Shown: positions 35,656-49,979, counted from the first letter of the stretch. The stretch is DNA of 64,000 bases from Octopus sinensis (GCF_006345805.1 NC_043020.1:1054001-1118000), one strand, 5' to 3'. Notes: generated by a model not told the origin, from the letters alone. Made by a program: numbers and translations.

Positions 35656-37009
35656 TTATCTTCTACGGAAAAAAACAACAGAATTGGTATTTTTCTGTTT
35701 CTGCAATACTTTTTTCAGTATCTCCTGTAGGTATGGTTTTCATATCCAGGAACAAAAGTATTTGACTCTTGCTGTGTTAAGAGAGATTTGATAGAATTAG
35801 TGAAAACATCTCAAAAATTGTCTTTTGTACAAAGACATTTTCTCAAAGACTTAAGGGCAATACCGATTTCCATATTTTGCTTCATTAACCGTAAGAAAAT
35901 TTTCAGTGGATATATACGCTTTATGCGTTGAAAGGTTTAACATTTTGCTGAAAGGTCTAACATCTAAAACATGTAACAGTATTAACTCTAAAGATTTGTC
36001 TTAGAGAAACTCTTCAAAGAGTCATTTGTATTGCTTACTGATGTTTATGTGTATATATTAGCTCATTTGTCAAAGCCTGTGTGTGGGTATATGTGAGTGT
36101 GTACATACATTTACATATTGTAAAACCAATGGAATTTTGGATGACCTACATATAAAGCTTTATATTTTCCTAGTAGTATCCCGTGGAAATTCCACGTCCA
36201 TTTACAAAATTGTATGGTGAAATGTTATAATTTTCTGAACCCTTAGAACCTTGAAATGATGTAAAAGTCCATATTTAAGGTACAATCCCAAGAAACATCT
36301 GAAAGATTTTATATTCTTACAACTTCTCCTTCGTGAGTCGTCTGTTATCTTTCAGTTTACGTTAAGAAGTAAACTGTACTAAGTATGGACCAGAATCAAA
36401 AAAACATTTTCTATAACATCATTCAGCTTCATTACGTTGGCAAATTTTTAACGAATCTTAATAAGGTTATTTGAAAAGAAGCTTATCATTCTTGTTAGTC
36501 TTGTTAGTTTTGTATCGTCTGATGTTGGCCATATCTTATAAGCTTTGTCTAAGCAGACGATAGTTGCTTCACTAAAGCGCTTGCGTTAAGTGATGGGTGA
36601 TATGAAAATTAAAAACAAAACGTAAAAGAACTAACACTTTTCGCTGGTCCCTTCAGTAAATACAATTTCTCTCTCTCTCTATCTTTCTCTCTCATTCTCT
36701 CTTTTATTCACTTTCTCCCCACTTTCTCCTTTTACTTCTTTCAGCTATATCACATCTCCCCTGCTCCCTTGCATTAACTATTCTGTTTTTCCTCTCTACC
36801 TCTCCCGTCAACTATATGTATATGTACTGTCTAGATATACAAGAATATGCATGAGAATATATACATAAAACAAAAATACAAATCTGCACGTATACATACA
36901 TACATACAAAAATACCCTGTTCTCTTTGATGATGCTGAAATTTCAATGAAGGTACATTGGATCTAGGTTCTTTCCCTATTGGCAAGAAATCCTGAAATAA
37001 AACTGAAGA

Positions 37010-37430
37010 ATGACATACATACATACATACATACATACATACATACATACATACATACATACACACACACATACATACACACTACATACATACATACATG
37101 CATATATACATACATACATACATTCATTCATACATACATACATACATACATACATACATACATACATTCATACATTCATACATACATACATACATACATA
37201 CATACATACACACACACACATACATACATAAATACATACATACATACATGCATACATACATACATACATACATTCATACATACATACATACATACATACA
37301 TTCATACATACACACACACACATACATACATACATACATACATACATACATACATACATAAATACATACATACATACATACATACACACATACATACATA
37401 CATACATACATACATGCATGCATGCATTCA
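37010..37430. repeat. (TACA)n microsatellite
   Basis: Direct reading. Confidence 0.95.
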
Positions 37431-37876
37431 TGCCCGTATATAATATAGAATAGACGTCTGTACCTAGCCATATCCAAATACGTGTGTGTGTATCATAAAA
37501 GTATTAACGTAATTTGTGCTACATGTTAACGCCCTTTAAATAGTATTCGAGAGTGGAATACATTGGATCCAATGCTAACATGTAGGAATATATGCGTGTG
37601 TATGAGTTGTGGGTGTGTGTGCGTATGTGTGTCTGTGTGTGTGCGTGCGTGCGTGTGATTGTGGGCATGTATCTGTGTGTATCTATGAGTGATTACGTGT
37701 ATGCATGCGTGTATGCATGTATGTACACAGAAAGAAACGAATATACTGGAGAGGAAAACAATTCGTGCGTGTGTAGGCATGCACGCACACACACACACAC
37801 GCATATACACAGGTTTCCATACACACACACATATATATACACACATATATATACACACACACATATACACACACAC

Positions 37877-37955
<79 letters not shown>

Positions 37956-38048
37956 CACACACGCACACATATATATACTCATACACACACACATATATAT
38001 ATACACATACACACACACATATATATACACACACACATATATATACAT

Positions 38049-38083
<35 letters not shown>

Positions 38084-38638
38084 CAGTGTAAACGAACGTT
38101 TTATTTTATCTTTTATATAATCAGTGTGTTATTGGTGTATTGCAGCGTAAACAATAATCGTAAAATGTTTATTTCAAACAATGGTAAAAGTACTTTTGTT
38201 TGAAGATTAGGCCTCCAATACATTGTGTTCTAATTTGCAATTGTTGTTTACAAATACACAATACCCCACTTCCGTATGCACACCAAATTACACACACTAA
38301 TGTATATACATACATACAGACATATATAAATATATATATATATATGCATAAGTGATAAAAAAATCTGCAGATGGAGAAGAACATACTACCCCCATATTCT
38401 TAATGATGAAATTAAACTCCCTGTCTATATATCTACCCTCTTTGTAATGTTGGCAAATGAAATAAGTATAAAAATGTGAATTGTCCGTTTAATTTTAAAA
38501 AATTCTATATGTGGCTGAAGATTGCTCGACATTTTAAAACTGATGTAATACTTACAGTGTTTAATAAAATAAAGTAGCATGAAACTGTATATATATATAT
38601 ATATAAATAAATAAATATATATATATATATAATATATA

Positions 38639-38712
<74 letters not shown>

Positions 38713-38743
38713 CAGGCAAGAGTAATGGAGGTGACAAAAGGGA

Positions 38744-39121
38744 AGATAAGAAAGTTCATTTTCGGCACATGATGCTTTGGGAACCAGGCAAAAATTGCTG
38801 CAGATCGGCTGGGATGTGTTACCCCACCCTCCATATTCACCAGATATTGATCCTTCGGATTTCCACTTATTCAGGTCTCTGCAGAATAGTCTTAATGGTA
38901 AAAATTTCAATTCCTTGGATGACGTAAAAAGATACCTTGATGAATTCTTTGCCACGATACTACCTCAATTCTGGGAAGAGAGTATTTTCAAGTTAAAGGA
39001 AAGATGGAGATGCATTGTGCAACAAAATTTTCATATTTGGTTGATTAAAAATGTAATGGCAAGTATTTACTAACCTTTTTCTTTCCTTTAAAAATCGGCA
39101 CGAACTTCCCGGACAACCCAA
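38744..39121 (+). mobile_element. Mariner family M1, right half
   Basis: VLPHPPYSPDIDPSDFHLFRSLQNSL; right TIR ending GGACAACCCAA|TA; no left TIR found. Confidence 0.92.
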
Positions 39122-39269
39122 TATTTTAACCTCAGGAAGATGCCTCCTCTAGGTAGTTATTCATTGCGCTTCGACATATATTGCAAGTGGAGGGAATGTA
39201 AAAATCACTCAGAACGTTTTTCTTCCGTTTTTTTTTTGCAAGCGATGTTCCAACCTAAAGAGATTCAAA

Positions 39270-40620
39270 GTCCCTTTGTCCCTTTTGTAATGTTATTAAT
39301 ATAAATGGAGCAGAAGGAACACATAATAGACTGCCATTTTGAATATTGTTAGTATTCCAGGTTTTTATTCAAACTGCAGGTACAAAGTTCATTTGCCTCA
39401 ACTAAGCCCCCTCGCACTATTGATAAAATCCTGTACACCCTTCATAACTTCCTTAAATAGGTAAACTGTATTCTAAAGGAATTAGATATTAAAGCAAATG
39501 CAACCAATGCAGGAACCAATGCATATAAATCAGAAGAAATATAGGTAAGATTCTTTTCACCCAATGAAGTTTGAGCGATCTCAAAGCAGAGCTCTTCTCT
39601 CATTTGACAGAAAGATACTTGCATGAAGAGAATATAACGGTGAATTATTATAGAAAGCAAAATTATGATTTAACATTTTATTTCAGAGAGAATCGTCCTC
39701 TCGGTTTGATTCTTGACATGAACAGGCATTTTGCAAGTTTTACTGAAACGACAAGTTTTACGTGAATGACAACTTTTTAAAGATGCATCAATACGAATTT
39801 TAAAAAGCCATTTTTATTGTATAATAAGCATTTTAGTTTCTGTCAACTCCAACAGCTAATTCGGTGCATTTACATGAAACTTTTGTTAAAATGAATGTCC
39901 TTTTGAATTCAGTTCAATACGCTGATCACCAGTGGAACCCTTGTGCGCATCTTGAAATAATTGCTATGTTAACAGGCATAGAAGAGAAATTCACCAAGCA
40001 GGTTCCTTTATATGTGGGGCACTCGTCTTTTACAAATCATTATAAAGGAAGAGAATGACTAAGCAGGCCTTCATATATCTCTACAAGATGCAGCATTCAA
40101 TCAATTCCTGTAGTTGATTCGAATAAAATATTTTAACCACTTCTTCACAATGCGGTTCGTTTAATGAAGGTATTTGTTAAGGCCATCGTAAAAGATGATT
40201 TCATTTTCTCCCAGAAATATTTTCAGAATTATGTGCTGCCAAAATGAAAGAGCAAATTTTTTAAAATACAGGACCTGAAATCCGGGAAATATTCGAAGAT
40301 AAATATAATATTTTGATGAGACATTCACAACACCTAAGAGTAAAGTTTGGTGTATCTTTATAAGGACGTGTTAACTCCTTAAGTATTCGCGGGTCTCCTT
40401 TTCGAAATAAAGTTGAGAAACTGATTGAGAAGTTCACAGATATGGGCAGTTGGCGAGTGTTTATTACGTTAAATTCGTCACCGTTACAAATGGATCTCAC
40501 TCCTGAAATCTTGGCGCTGCTAATGACGAAAATGGAGAGAGATTTCAGCAGGATATTAAATCTTTGAAAGATCGATATCAAGGAATCTGGCAAGCAAATT
40601 TGATGGCAGGCCACTGCTAG
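39270..40620 (+). pseudogene. Degraded DNA transposase, Chapaev3-like (CMC superfamily)
   Basis: Colinear motifs MEQKEHIIDCHF, LSDLKAELF, QYADHQWNPCAHLEIIAML, PLLHNAVRLMKVFVKAI, GPEIREIFED and NLGAANDENGERFQQDIKSLKDRYQG match the (WREP..H.DCYFC / PLHIKLGLMKNFVKA / SDEHGERFHQDI..ME.RYQG) family, recalled as Chapaev3; many stops and frameshifts; ends not found. Confidence 0.7.
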
Positions 40621-41318
40621 ATTACTTGGTGAGTATACAATACCATTTACAAGGAAAGGACGTATTTATCACGTTTTCATTGTATATATGTGTGTACAGT
40701 ATACAGATAGAAACGCACATATATACGCAGTCATGGAATAAAATTTAAATGAGAATAACCCCACGTCGCTTTCTCTCTCTCACACACACACTCATTCACA
40801 TAATACACATACAGGTAAATATCCATACATATACACATAAATACTTGCATGTATACCTACTTGCATACATACACGTGTGCATATATATTTATATAAATAC
40901 TTACACGCATACATACATACGTACATCCTTACTTAAATGCATATATATATACATACCTACAAACATATATATATATATATATATATACACCTACATACAT
41001 ATATATATATATATAAACATACATGCATACATACATACATGCGCGCATATATATTTATATACATACGGACATATATACATGCATGCAAACACACACACAC
41101 ACACTCACACGCACACACACACGCACACACGCCCCCCCACACACACACACTATTTCTTTATTACCCACAAGGGGCGACGAAGAGGGGACATTACAAAACA
41201 TTGGGGACATAGAACATTATAATTAAAATTATGAGCAATGAATTATAAAATGAAAAAATGATAATATGAAAGCGATGCTAACGGCCCCATCCGCCAGCAT
41301 CACTTACCTGTCCTTTAT

Positions 41319-41391
<73 letters not shown>

Positions 41392-41593
41392 CATACATAC
41401 ATGCATGCATACTTACGTATATACATACACAGTGAGTTGTATTTCAAGTAATGAACAACGGGACATAACTTTTGTGTTATCGGATATGGGTCGTTCAAAT
41501 TGGTTGTGTTATATTTCTGTTGCTGCTTCCATCTTTCTTACTTGTAAATAACGAATCCAACTGAAGCAATCTGTCGTCACTGAGTTCTTGCAG

Positions 41594-41781
41594 GTTATTT
41601 GATGTCTGCAGAAGGTTTTGTTTATGGAGATGATGCCGCTGAGATGAGCAATGAGCTGAGAAGGATGAAGAAGCTTAAAGAAAGACAAATCACCAATATT
41701 GAGGAAAAGAAAGCAAAAAACGAAACGGAGTGTGCGATCCTCAACTGGGAACACCGACAAACATTGCAAGCGAGTGAATAA
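41594..41781 (+). CDS. Candidate exon (G)YLMSAEGFVYGDDAAEMSNELRRMKKLKERQ...QASE*, gene unknown
   Basis: TTCTTGCAG| acceptor with an in-frame TGA just upstream; 61 open codons; charged, coiled-coil-like; phase 1. Confidence 0.3.
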
Positions 41782-41896
41782 ATTGATCCGAATAAACGAA
41801 TGAGTTACATTCCATGATGATGTACAATTGCAATTGAGTTACAATGCATTACCAAAAGTAGTGGAAGACTGAGTCTTGGGAAGCTCAGGAATTGAC

Positions 41897-42625
41897 ATCC
41901 GATTTGAAGGATAGATCGGTGAACGTCTGTATTGATCTACTAGGAGCGTTTCAAGCGAATGAAGGAACGATTTCTCTTTCTTTTTCCGTGGTTGATCTAT
42001 GATAGGGTGCGGAACGCGACTATATATTTATTATCTAGAAGGCGGCGAGCTGGCAGAAACGTTAGCACGCCGGGCGAAATGCGTAGCCGTATTTCGTCTG
42101 CCGTTACGTTCTGTGTTCAAATTCCGCCGAGGTCGACTTTGCCTTTCATCCTTTCAGGGTCAATAAATTAAGTACCAGCTACGCACTGGGGTCGATGTAA
42201 TCGACTTAATCCGTTTGTCTGTCCTTGTTTGTCTCCTCTGTGTTTAGCCCCTTGTGGGCAGTAAAGAAATATATATATTTATTATCTAGAAACGAAGGTT
42301 CACAACATGGTGTGTGTCGTTGTGTCTGCGTGTCTTTGTGTCTTTGTGTCTGTGTTTATCCCCCACTACCACTTGGCAACCGGTGGTGGCGTGTTGACAT
42401 TCCCGTTACTAAGCAGTTTTGCACAAGAGACCAATAGAATAAGTACCAGGCTAGAAAAATAAATCCGATTTGAAGAAGAGATCAGTGAACGTCTGCATTG
42501 ATCTACTGGAAGCGTTTCAAGAGAATGAAGGAACGATTTCTCTTTCTTTTTCCGTGTTTGATCTATGATAGGGTGCGGAACGCGAGTATATATTTATTAT
42601 CTAGAAACGAAGGTTCACAACATGG
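41897..42625. repeat. 163-bp direct duplication (41897-42310 interrupted by a SINE; 42463-42625 intact)
   Basis: About 9 mismatches; the copies flank a 5'-truncated family-A-like SINE fragment at 42311-42462. Confidence 0.9.
42041..42271 (+). mobile_element. SINE family B, full length, 20-bp TSD
   Basis: TSD TATATATTTATTATCTAGAA (42021-42040, 42272-42291); core GCCTTTCATCCTTTCAGGGTCAATAAATTAAGTACCAG. Confidence 0.95.
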
Positions 42626-43073
42626 AAAAGTGTCAAGCATCTTTTCCGCCCCCTAAGAATCTCAATCATTGGCACAGAAATTCATGGTGTTTGTATCTTG
42701 AGTTGACAAGTAAAGCGTGTCATTCTCCCAAATTTTCGGAAACGTGGATGAACTTGAGCCGTGAGTATTTCACAGAGAAACTAGGGAGAAAAAAAAAGCT
42801 TATAGAAGCCTCTAGGGGGACGAACCGGAACATGACTGTGAAAACAATTCACATTCATAATTCTAGGTCCGACCGCACGATATTTACAAACAAATCAACC
42901 AATCAGAAAACTGAGGAGGCCAAGGTTCCTCTACCAACCATACGTTTCGGATCTTGTGCCCAACGATATTCATATCTTCATTGCAATGAAGAACAATCTT
43001 CAGGTACAAAGTTCGATTCCAAAGACGAGGTGAAAATTAAAGAGTTGGTACAAAAGAGAACAACCAAATTTTT

Positions 43074-43190
43074 AGAATAAGTACTAGGCTTACAAAGAAT
43101 AAGTCCTGGGGGTCGATTTGCTCGATTAAGGCAGTGCACCAGCATGGCCACAGTCAAATGACTAAAAGAAATAAAAGAATAAAAGAATAC
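43074..43190 (+). mobile_element. SINE family A 3' fragment
   Basis: TAGAATAAGTACTAGGCTTACAAAGAATAAGTCC...CAGCATGGCCACAGTCAAATGAC plus tail. Confidence 0.85.
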
Positions 43191-43234
43191 AGACACAGAA
43201 ACCTACAAATAAGTCTAAATGTACACACACTTAG

Positions 43235-43269
<35 letters not shown>

Positions 43270-43673
43270 GTCTATGAATTCTTACCTCTACATTAGATAG
43301 CCCCAGTCAGCACGATTTTTAGAATTTGACACCACTTTTAGAAGGACACACACACACATACACGCACACACACACACATACACACACACACACGTTCACA
43401 CACACGCGCTCACACATACTCAACCATGAGTAAAGGTTACATTGTTATTCTTAAAATTGCTTTAAACTATTAACCTTAATTTAAAATTTACATCTATAAA
43501 CATATTTATGAGACCGCATGCATTAAAGTTATGTGTGTGTGTGTGTGTATGCGTGTGTATGTGTGTGTGTCTCTGTGTGTGTATGCGCGCAGGTGTTTAT
43601 GTCTCTAAGTGTATGTATATTTCTGTAAATATTTTTACATTATATATAGATATGTGTGTGTGTGTATGCACGT

Positions 43674-43950
43674 GCATATATATATATAAAATAGTGTGCG
43701 GGTGTATGTGTCTCAACTTGTGTGTTTGTGTGTGTCTGTGTGAGTCAGTGTGTGTTTGTGTGTGTGTGTGTGTGTGAGTGTGTGTGTGTGCGTGTGTGTG
43801 TATGCATGTGCATATATATATATATAATAGTGTGCGGGTGTATGTGTCTCAACTTGTGTGTTTGTGTGTGTGTGTGTGTGTTTGTATGTGAGTGTGTGTG
43901 TGCGTGTGTTTGTGTGTGTGTGTGTGTGTGTGCGTGTGTGTGTGTAAGTA
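43674..43950. repeat. Tandem duplication (period ~136) within (TG)n
   Basis: ATAGTGTGCGGGTGTATGTGTCTCAACTTG at 43691 and 43827. Confidence 0.8.
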
Positions 43951-44369
43951 ATTAAGTGACTCTTGTTTCCCAAACTAGATAAAAAAAAAATTATTGAATA
44001 TAAGAAGTCGCGTTTATGGTTTTTATTTCGAAGCAATCAATATTGTCTCCTAGTGATAAGGCTTTTTGTTGAAAATATAATTTATTAATGGAAATTCACT
44101 TCCCGGGGTATCAACTCACGGCACGAGCATAATATGTTTAAAACAAATACACACACACACGCACACCCACCCACACACACACACATATATATATATATAT
44201 GTTTTGCTTGTGTGTCTGTGTGTGTGCATGTGTGTATGTCATTCACTTTTATTTCAACATTTCTTGGTAATAGAGAAAGAGCCGGTTTCAAACCTAGAGT
44301 GAAAGTTCCATCATTGGAGTTTCAACGGGCTATTTTTACGTGTATGTGAGTACATGTGCAGAAGTAAAC

Positions 44370-44437
<68 letters not shown>

Positions 44438-44538
44438 GATAGATAGATAGATAGATAGACAGAGAGACAGATAAATAGATAGACAGAGAGACAGACAAAT
44501 AGATAGATAGATAGATAGATAGATAGACAGACAGACAA

Positions 44539-44593
<55 letters not shown>

Positions 44594-44635
44594 TATAGAT
44601 AGATAGATAGACAGACAGACAAATAGATAGATAGG

Positions 44636-44708
<73 letters not shown>

Positions 44709-44725
44709 GGATAGATAGATAGATG
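44370..44725. repeat. (GATA)/(GACA) microsatellite
   Basis: Direct reading. Confidence 0.95.
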
Positions 44726-45210
44726 AATAGATTTCTTCATAAAGGCAGAGTACACTAGAATCTGAATCGATTATTTTAAAGTAGAATATTTTCTTTTTAT
44801 TAAGTTCTGTAATTCCTACCTTACCGAAATTGCCTGGCGGTGGCAATTCTGTGGGACTTTATGGAATTTTATGAGGAAATGGTTTCGGGTTGGAAATATT
44901 TTCATCATTATTTAATATGTTGCTTTTTCTTTCATTTTATCGAAAACTATTTTTCTGTAAAGTTTCCGCAAGGTTGCTAGGCGTATATTTCTATAAAGTT
45001 TTTAATATTGAGCATCAAATTGGGTTTTATATAACATTACGTTTGTAGTATCATACGTGGGGAAAAAGTTGAGATGCTAAAGTAGAATTAGGGGAACAAC
45101 GGATAAGATACATTGGTTTTGCTAAGTCTTACAATTTACGAGATTGTCTCAATTCTGGGAAGGCCGTCACTGGGTTTTATGATGGATAAAATTTCTCTAG
45201 AGAAAAGCTA

Positions 45211-45415
45211 AGACAGCAAGCTGGCAGAATCGGTAACGCACGGAGCAAACTGCTTAGCGCTATTCCGTCCGTCCTTACGTTCTGAGTTAAAATTCCACCG
45301 AGGTCCACTTTCTCGTTCATCTTTTGGTAAGTACCAATTTAAATATTGGGGCCGAAGTAATCGACTTATCCCAACCCGACCGAAGTTACTGGGCCCTGTG
45401 ATAAAATTTGAAACT
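45211..45415 (+). mobile_element. Diverged SINE family B
   Basis: AGCTGGCAGAATCG..CTTAGCG..TACGTTCTGAGTTAAAATTCC..GTAATCGACTT. Confidence 0.7.
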
Positions 45416-46225
45416 GTTATTTTGTATGATTATTTAATGTGGAACAACTACAATAACAACAAATACTACTGCTGCTGCTATTACAACTACTATTGCTGCT
45501 GTTGCTGCTGCTGTTACTACTACTACTACTACTACTACATGATCAAAAAGGAGATAAAGATAATGATTCAAAAGAAAGCAACAACTACAACAACTACACG
45601 AATGGAAAGAAGAAGAAGAAATAGAAGAATAAGGAAGAGAAGAAGAAGAAGGAGGAGGAGGAGGATGAGAAGAAGAAGAAAAAAAGACGAAAAAAGGAAG
45701 AGGAGGGGGAGGAGGAGATACGAATATATATTTACAAATGTATGCAACCACAACAAATATTTAGTAGAGAACTGCATGCATCATTCCTAAAAAAATTTTA
45801 AGCCAAATTTTTCGCAGAAAAAAAGGTGGCATTTCACAATTTAGCTCGACTCTATTTTTCACATTTACATTTACATCGATAATGTTCTGCTGGTTAAATT
45901 CCATTCGTACCGTTTTAAGCAACACGCATAGACATAATTTTGAAACCTGCACCAATCAACACCTAATGTGACTTATCATCTTTAACGATTAAACTTCTCG
46001 TAGTTTTTCTCTGCTCTTTCTTTGCTATTCCCCCCCTTTTTTTTTCTCATTGTACCAATAGTCAAATAAATGCATTATGTTGTTATAACTTACTGGTTTG
46101 CATGACCGAAGTTTCAGCGCTAGCGAATTATATGCAAGTTTGTATGTGTTCATGTCTGTATGTATCACTGGCTGGATATATGTATTTATTTTGGGACGTG
46201 CGTACGTGTGTGTGTGTGTGTGTAT

Positions 46226-46266
<41 letters not shown>

Positions 46267-46358
46267 AGGTGTGTATGTATGTATATTCTTTAATAGATAA
46301 AAATTGTTCCAAGATAATATTGCTATATGTATATCTATGAAGCATTCGTGTATTTGTG

Positions 46359-46396
<38 letters not shown>

Positions 46397-46528
46397 TGTA
46401 TGTATGTATATATTACATATCTGCTATTAGACTCTGAAACAATTTGTAGAATGTGTACTGGTTATGTACCAACCTCGATTATGAATTAAAGATCGTCTAC
46501 ACCTACAATTTTTCCTTTCTTTATACTT

Positions 46529-46582
<54 letters not shown>

Positions 46583-47584
46583 TGTACAATAAACAAATCA
46601 AGAGGCTTCCAAATAGGAAAACCTTGAGTTAGAAAGAGTAGTAGAACCACTAATTATAGATAAATTCTCGAAAGGAAGGAAAATTAAAAACGTTTACCAT
46701 CTTATTTAGTTCCTAGACCATGGTTTCTAACTAATTCCAGTAAAAAAAATATTTACTGAGGCTAGTTTTCATCAGAAGGAAGCCTTGAGAATTCAAATAT
46801 ACACACGACTAGATCCACATGTAAACTAGCTGTATATATAGCCTAAGTTTTCAAACCACTGCGCAGATGCAGATTATATCCGGCGACAGAGGAAATGCCG
46901 GTAAACTTTCGAACAAATTTATCAACAAGTATTTAAACATAATAAATAACATTAGGGTAATAATGCCACTGGTAATAATAATTTATATACTTCTTATTAC
47001 CCTAATGTTATTTATTATGTATATATATATATATTTCGAGATGGTCGGTCGATTTTTTGAGGTTTCAGTTTTATTTTTAATTCATAAAATGAATGCAATC
47101 GAATTATCTTTTCCTATTTGTGTTTCACCAATAATTCAACAGAAAACCATATATACTAATAAATAACAACAGCAAACACATTAGCACGAATGAATAAATA
47201 GAAATCAATGTTTTAAAATAATATATTACCTTAAAATTATTAAAAATCATTATTTTAACAGAAAAACCAGAGTCTAAAATGGTATGCAGAGTACACACAC
47301 ATGTACTTGCTCGAAATGGGGAGTAGATAGACAGCCGACAACTGATGAAGGGTCGTTCTTTGTTTTCTTTTTATTACTCGTCTTGTTTCCCATTTTTTGC
47401 CTCTCGTTATTTGCGTATTTAAGTCAGTTGTTTTCGTATTTCATGTTGTTTACTGTTGGTGACGTCCTGTACCCGTATATGCATATATATGGTATTTATA
47501 TTATTGTGTAAATATACATTTGCTGGTGTCTTTATACATGTATGCGTTTGTGCGTGTATATATCTATACATATAGTATATATAT

Positions 47585-47616
<32 letters not shown>

Positions 47617-47714
47617 AATACACAGATACATACATACACATATAGATAAACAGATAGATAGATAAAGAAATAGCGAGATAGAATATACATACATACATCC
47701 ACACACACACAACG

Positions 47715-47746
<32 letters not shown>

Positions 47747-49150
47747 CGCACACACACACATAAATATACATGTGTGTGTGTGTATGTGTGTGTGCGTGTG
47801 TGTGCGTGTGTGTGTATGACGGACTGTGTGTATGTGTGCATAAGCACCGTCGCAAGCTTTATATTTTATCGGAGAAATATCTTTTTTATTTGCTGAATGC
47901 TTCCTTTATGTTGATGGCATTCATGACAAAGTCCACTAATTCTTGCATAGAAGAGTCGATGGAGGTAATTGCCTGGTAATTTTGATTTCTTCCTTTCCTC
48001 TTCTGGTGGTTTCGAAGATTGTTGGTTCCGATGGGGATGGAACACCGCCATTTTGTATATATGCATTTCTGTAGAATATGCGATAATATAAGAAGTTCGT
48101 TTTCTCATTGCTACGTTGCTCAGCTTATGTCAGATTAAAAGAATATCATCTGCTGTAGATTATGGCCGACCAGTTCTTTCTTATCGGAATATTAGCTTCA
48201 TGGAAATTGTGTTGAAGTCTGCCGAACGGAAGCTTGCCTGTGATTCAAACCTGAAAATATGTAAGACAACAAGTCTCGGAGGTCTTACCTTATGATAGGA
48301 TTGCGAGTACACATACAAATACTCATCTATTTCGATGCTTAATAGAATATGATGAAAGCTCAGTAGAGAGAACTGTCGAAGATGCATCGTCGAAAGCAGC
48401 AAGTTCTGTTGTACTTTTATTTGTAGATACACACACAAACACACAGGCACACACATATATAAATACATGGATAGATAGCTAGATATAGACAGAAAGATGT
48501 ATGCTGTATATACATATATATATATATACTACTGAATATCTAACTAGTTAGCTATACATATATATGATATATAAGCATATATTTAATGTGTACGCATATA
48601 TAGTGATGTGTATACATAATTATATCTACATATGTATCTATCTATATACGTCTATATACACACACACATATATATATACATATATATCAATATATTATAT
48701 ATATATATATATATATATCCACATAGATACGTACATACATACACACACGTAGTTTGCATACACTTCGTCTTACCTACATATATGCATGCATAAATGTTCA
48801 CAAGTCACATGTGCTTAGCTAGGAAAAACCAATATGGCGACGAAGAAATTGATTGACGCGTCTCCCAGCAGATAAGCCACTAATCTATCTAATGTAACAT
48901 AACTTAATCCTCAAAACGAGATAAACCGTCACAATATAAAATTATCTTCGCTGCTTTGTGACAATGAATTAGGTGAATTTGATTTGATGTGAGACCGTGT
49001 GAGACGGATCTTCGATAGCATTTCGCTCGCTGCAGTTTTGTTTTTATTAGATAAAGATGAACCTCTAAATAAGTAGACATTCACGCCCAGCCATATATAC
49101 ACACAGACACACACATACACACACACACACACACACTCACACACACACAC

Positions 49151-49184
<34 letters not shown>

Positions 49185-49342
49185 TAGTATGTGTATATAT
49201 ATATATATATGTATATACATATATATGTATATATATACATATATATATACATATATATATACATATATATATAAATATATATATGCATATATATATATAT
49301 ATATATATAATATATATATACATACATATAGATATACATATA

Positions 49343-49421
49343 TACTCTGTACTCTTTTTCTCTTTTACTTGTTTCAGTCATTTGACTGCGGCCATGCTGG
49401 AGCACCGCCTTTAGTCGAGCA
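49343..49421 (-). mobile_element. SINE family A 3' end, broken by (GATA)n
   Basis: Tail plus CAGTCATTTGACTGCGGCCATGCTGGAGCACCGCC. Confidence 0.85.
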
Positions 49422-49460
<39 letters not shown>

Positions 49461-49464
49461 TAGG

Positions 49465-49538
<74 letters not shown>

Positions 49539-49539
49539 T

Positions 49540-49605
<66 letters not shown>

Positions 49606-49606
<1 letters not shown>

Positions 49607-49765
49607 TGTTTCGTTATTAGCCACACAGGGCTGAACACAGAGAGGACAAATTACAAAGTATAGCTTTTCTTTTGGGGAAGAAAAAAAGCGGGGTAGGTTT
49701 TCGATCAAAAGGGATCGCTAAAAACAGAAAAAAAAAAGGAGACGATCAATAGGGATCGTGTAGAT
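49606..49765 (-). mobile_element. 3' UTR fragment of the Tx1-like LINE abutting (GATA)n
   Basis: Reverse complement ...TTCAGCCCTGTGTGGCTAATAACGAAAC then (TATC)n; homologous to 13930-14097. Confidence 0.85.
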
Positions 49766-49979
49766 ATATGATATGGTAAGTTCGTTGTTGTAACCCTATT
49801 TCTTACATTATTAAGCACACTCACAGATATTGCAAATCAGACATAATTGGAAATTGTAGATTGTTCTGCTGGATAAATATCTAAAATTTCACGAATATCA
49901 ATAGACTATCTATTATGACAAATATTAAAACATAGAGCGTGGAAATCATTTTACTTCTACAGCTTACTATTCGTAGTTC

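Noticed and set aside
35680-36560. Degraded coding-like frames in unique AT-rich sequence
   Set aside because: Frequent stops in all frames and no recognisable motif.
41290-41320. Strong minus-strand donor CAG|GTAAGT
   Set aside because: The upstream sequence is microsatellite, leaving no plausible exon.
47342-47348. CTGATGA hammerhead half-core in a repeat-like segment
   Set aside because: No matching stem II or GAAA found.
48251-48288. Minus-strand GT-AG pair suggesting an intron
   Set aside because: Only 38 nt, and the donor arises from a small GTAAGAC/GTCTTAC inverted repeat.
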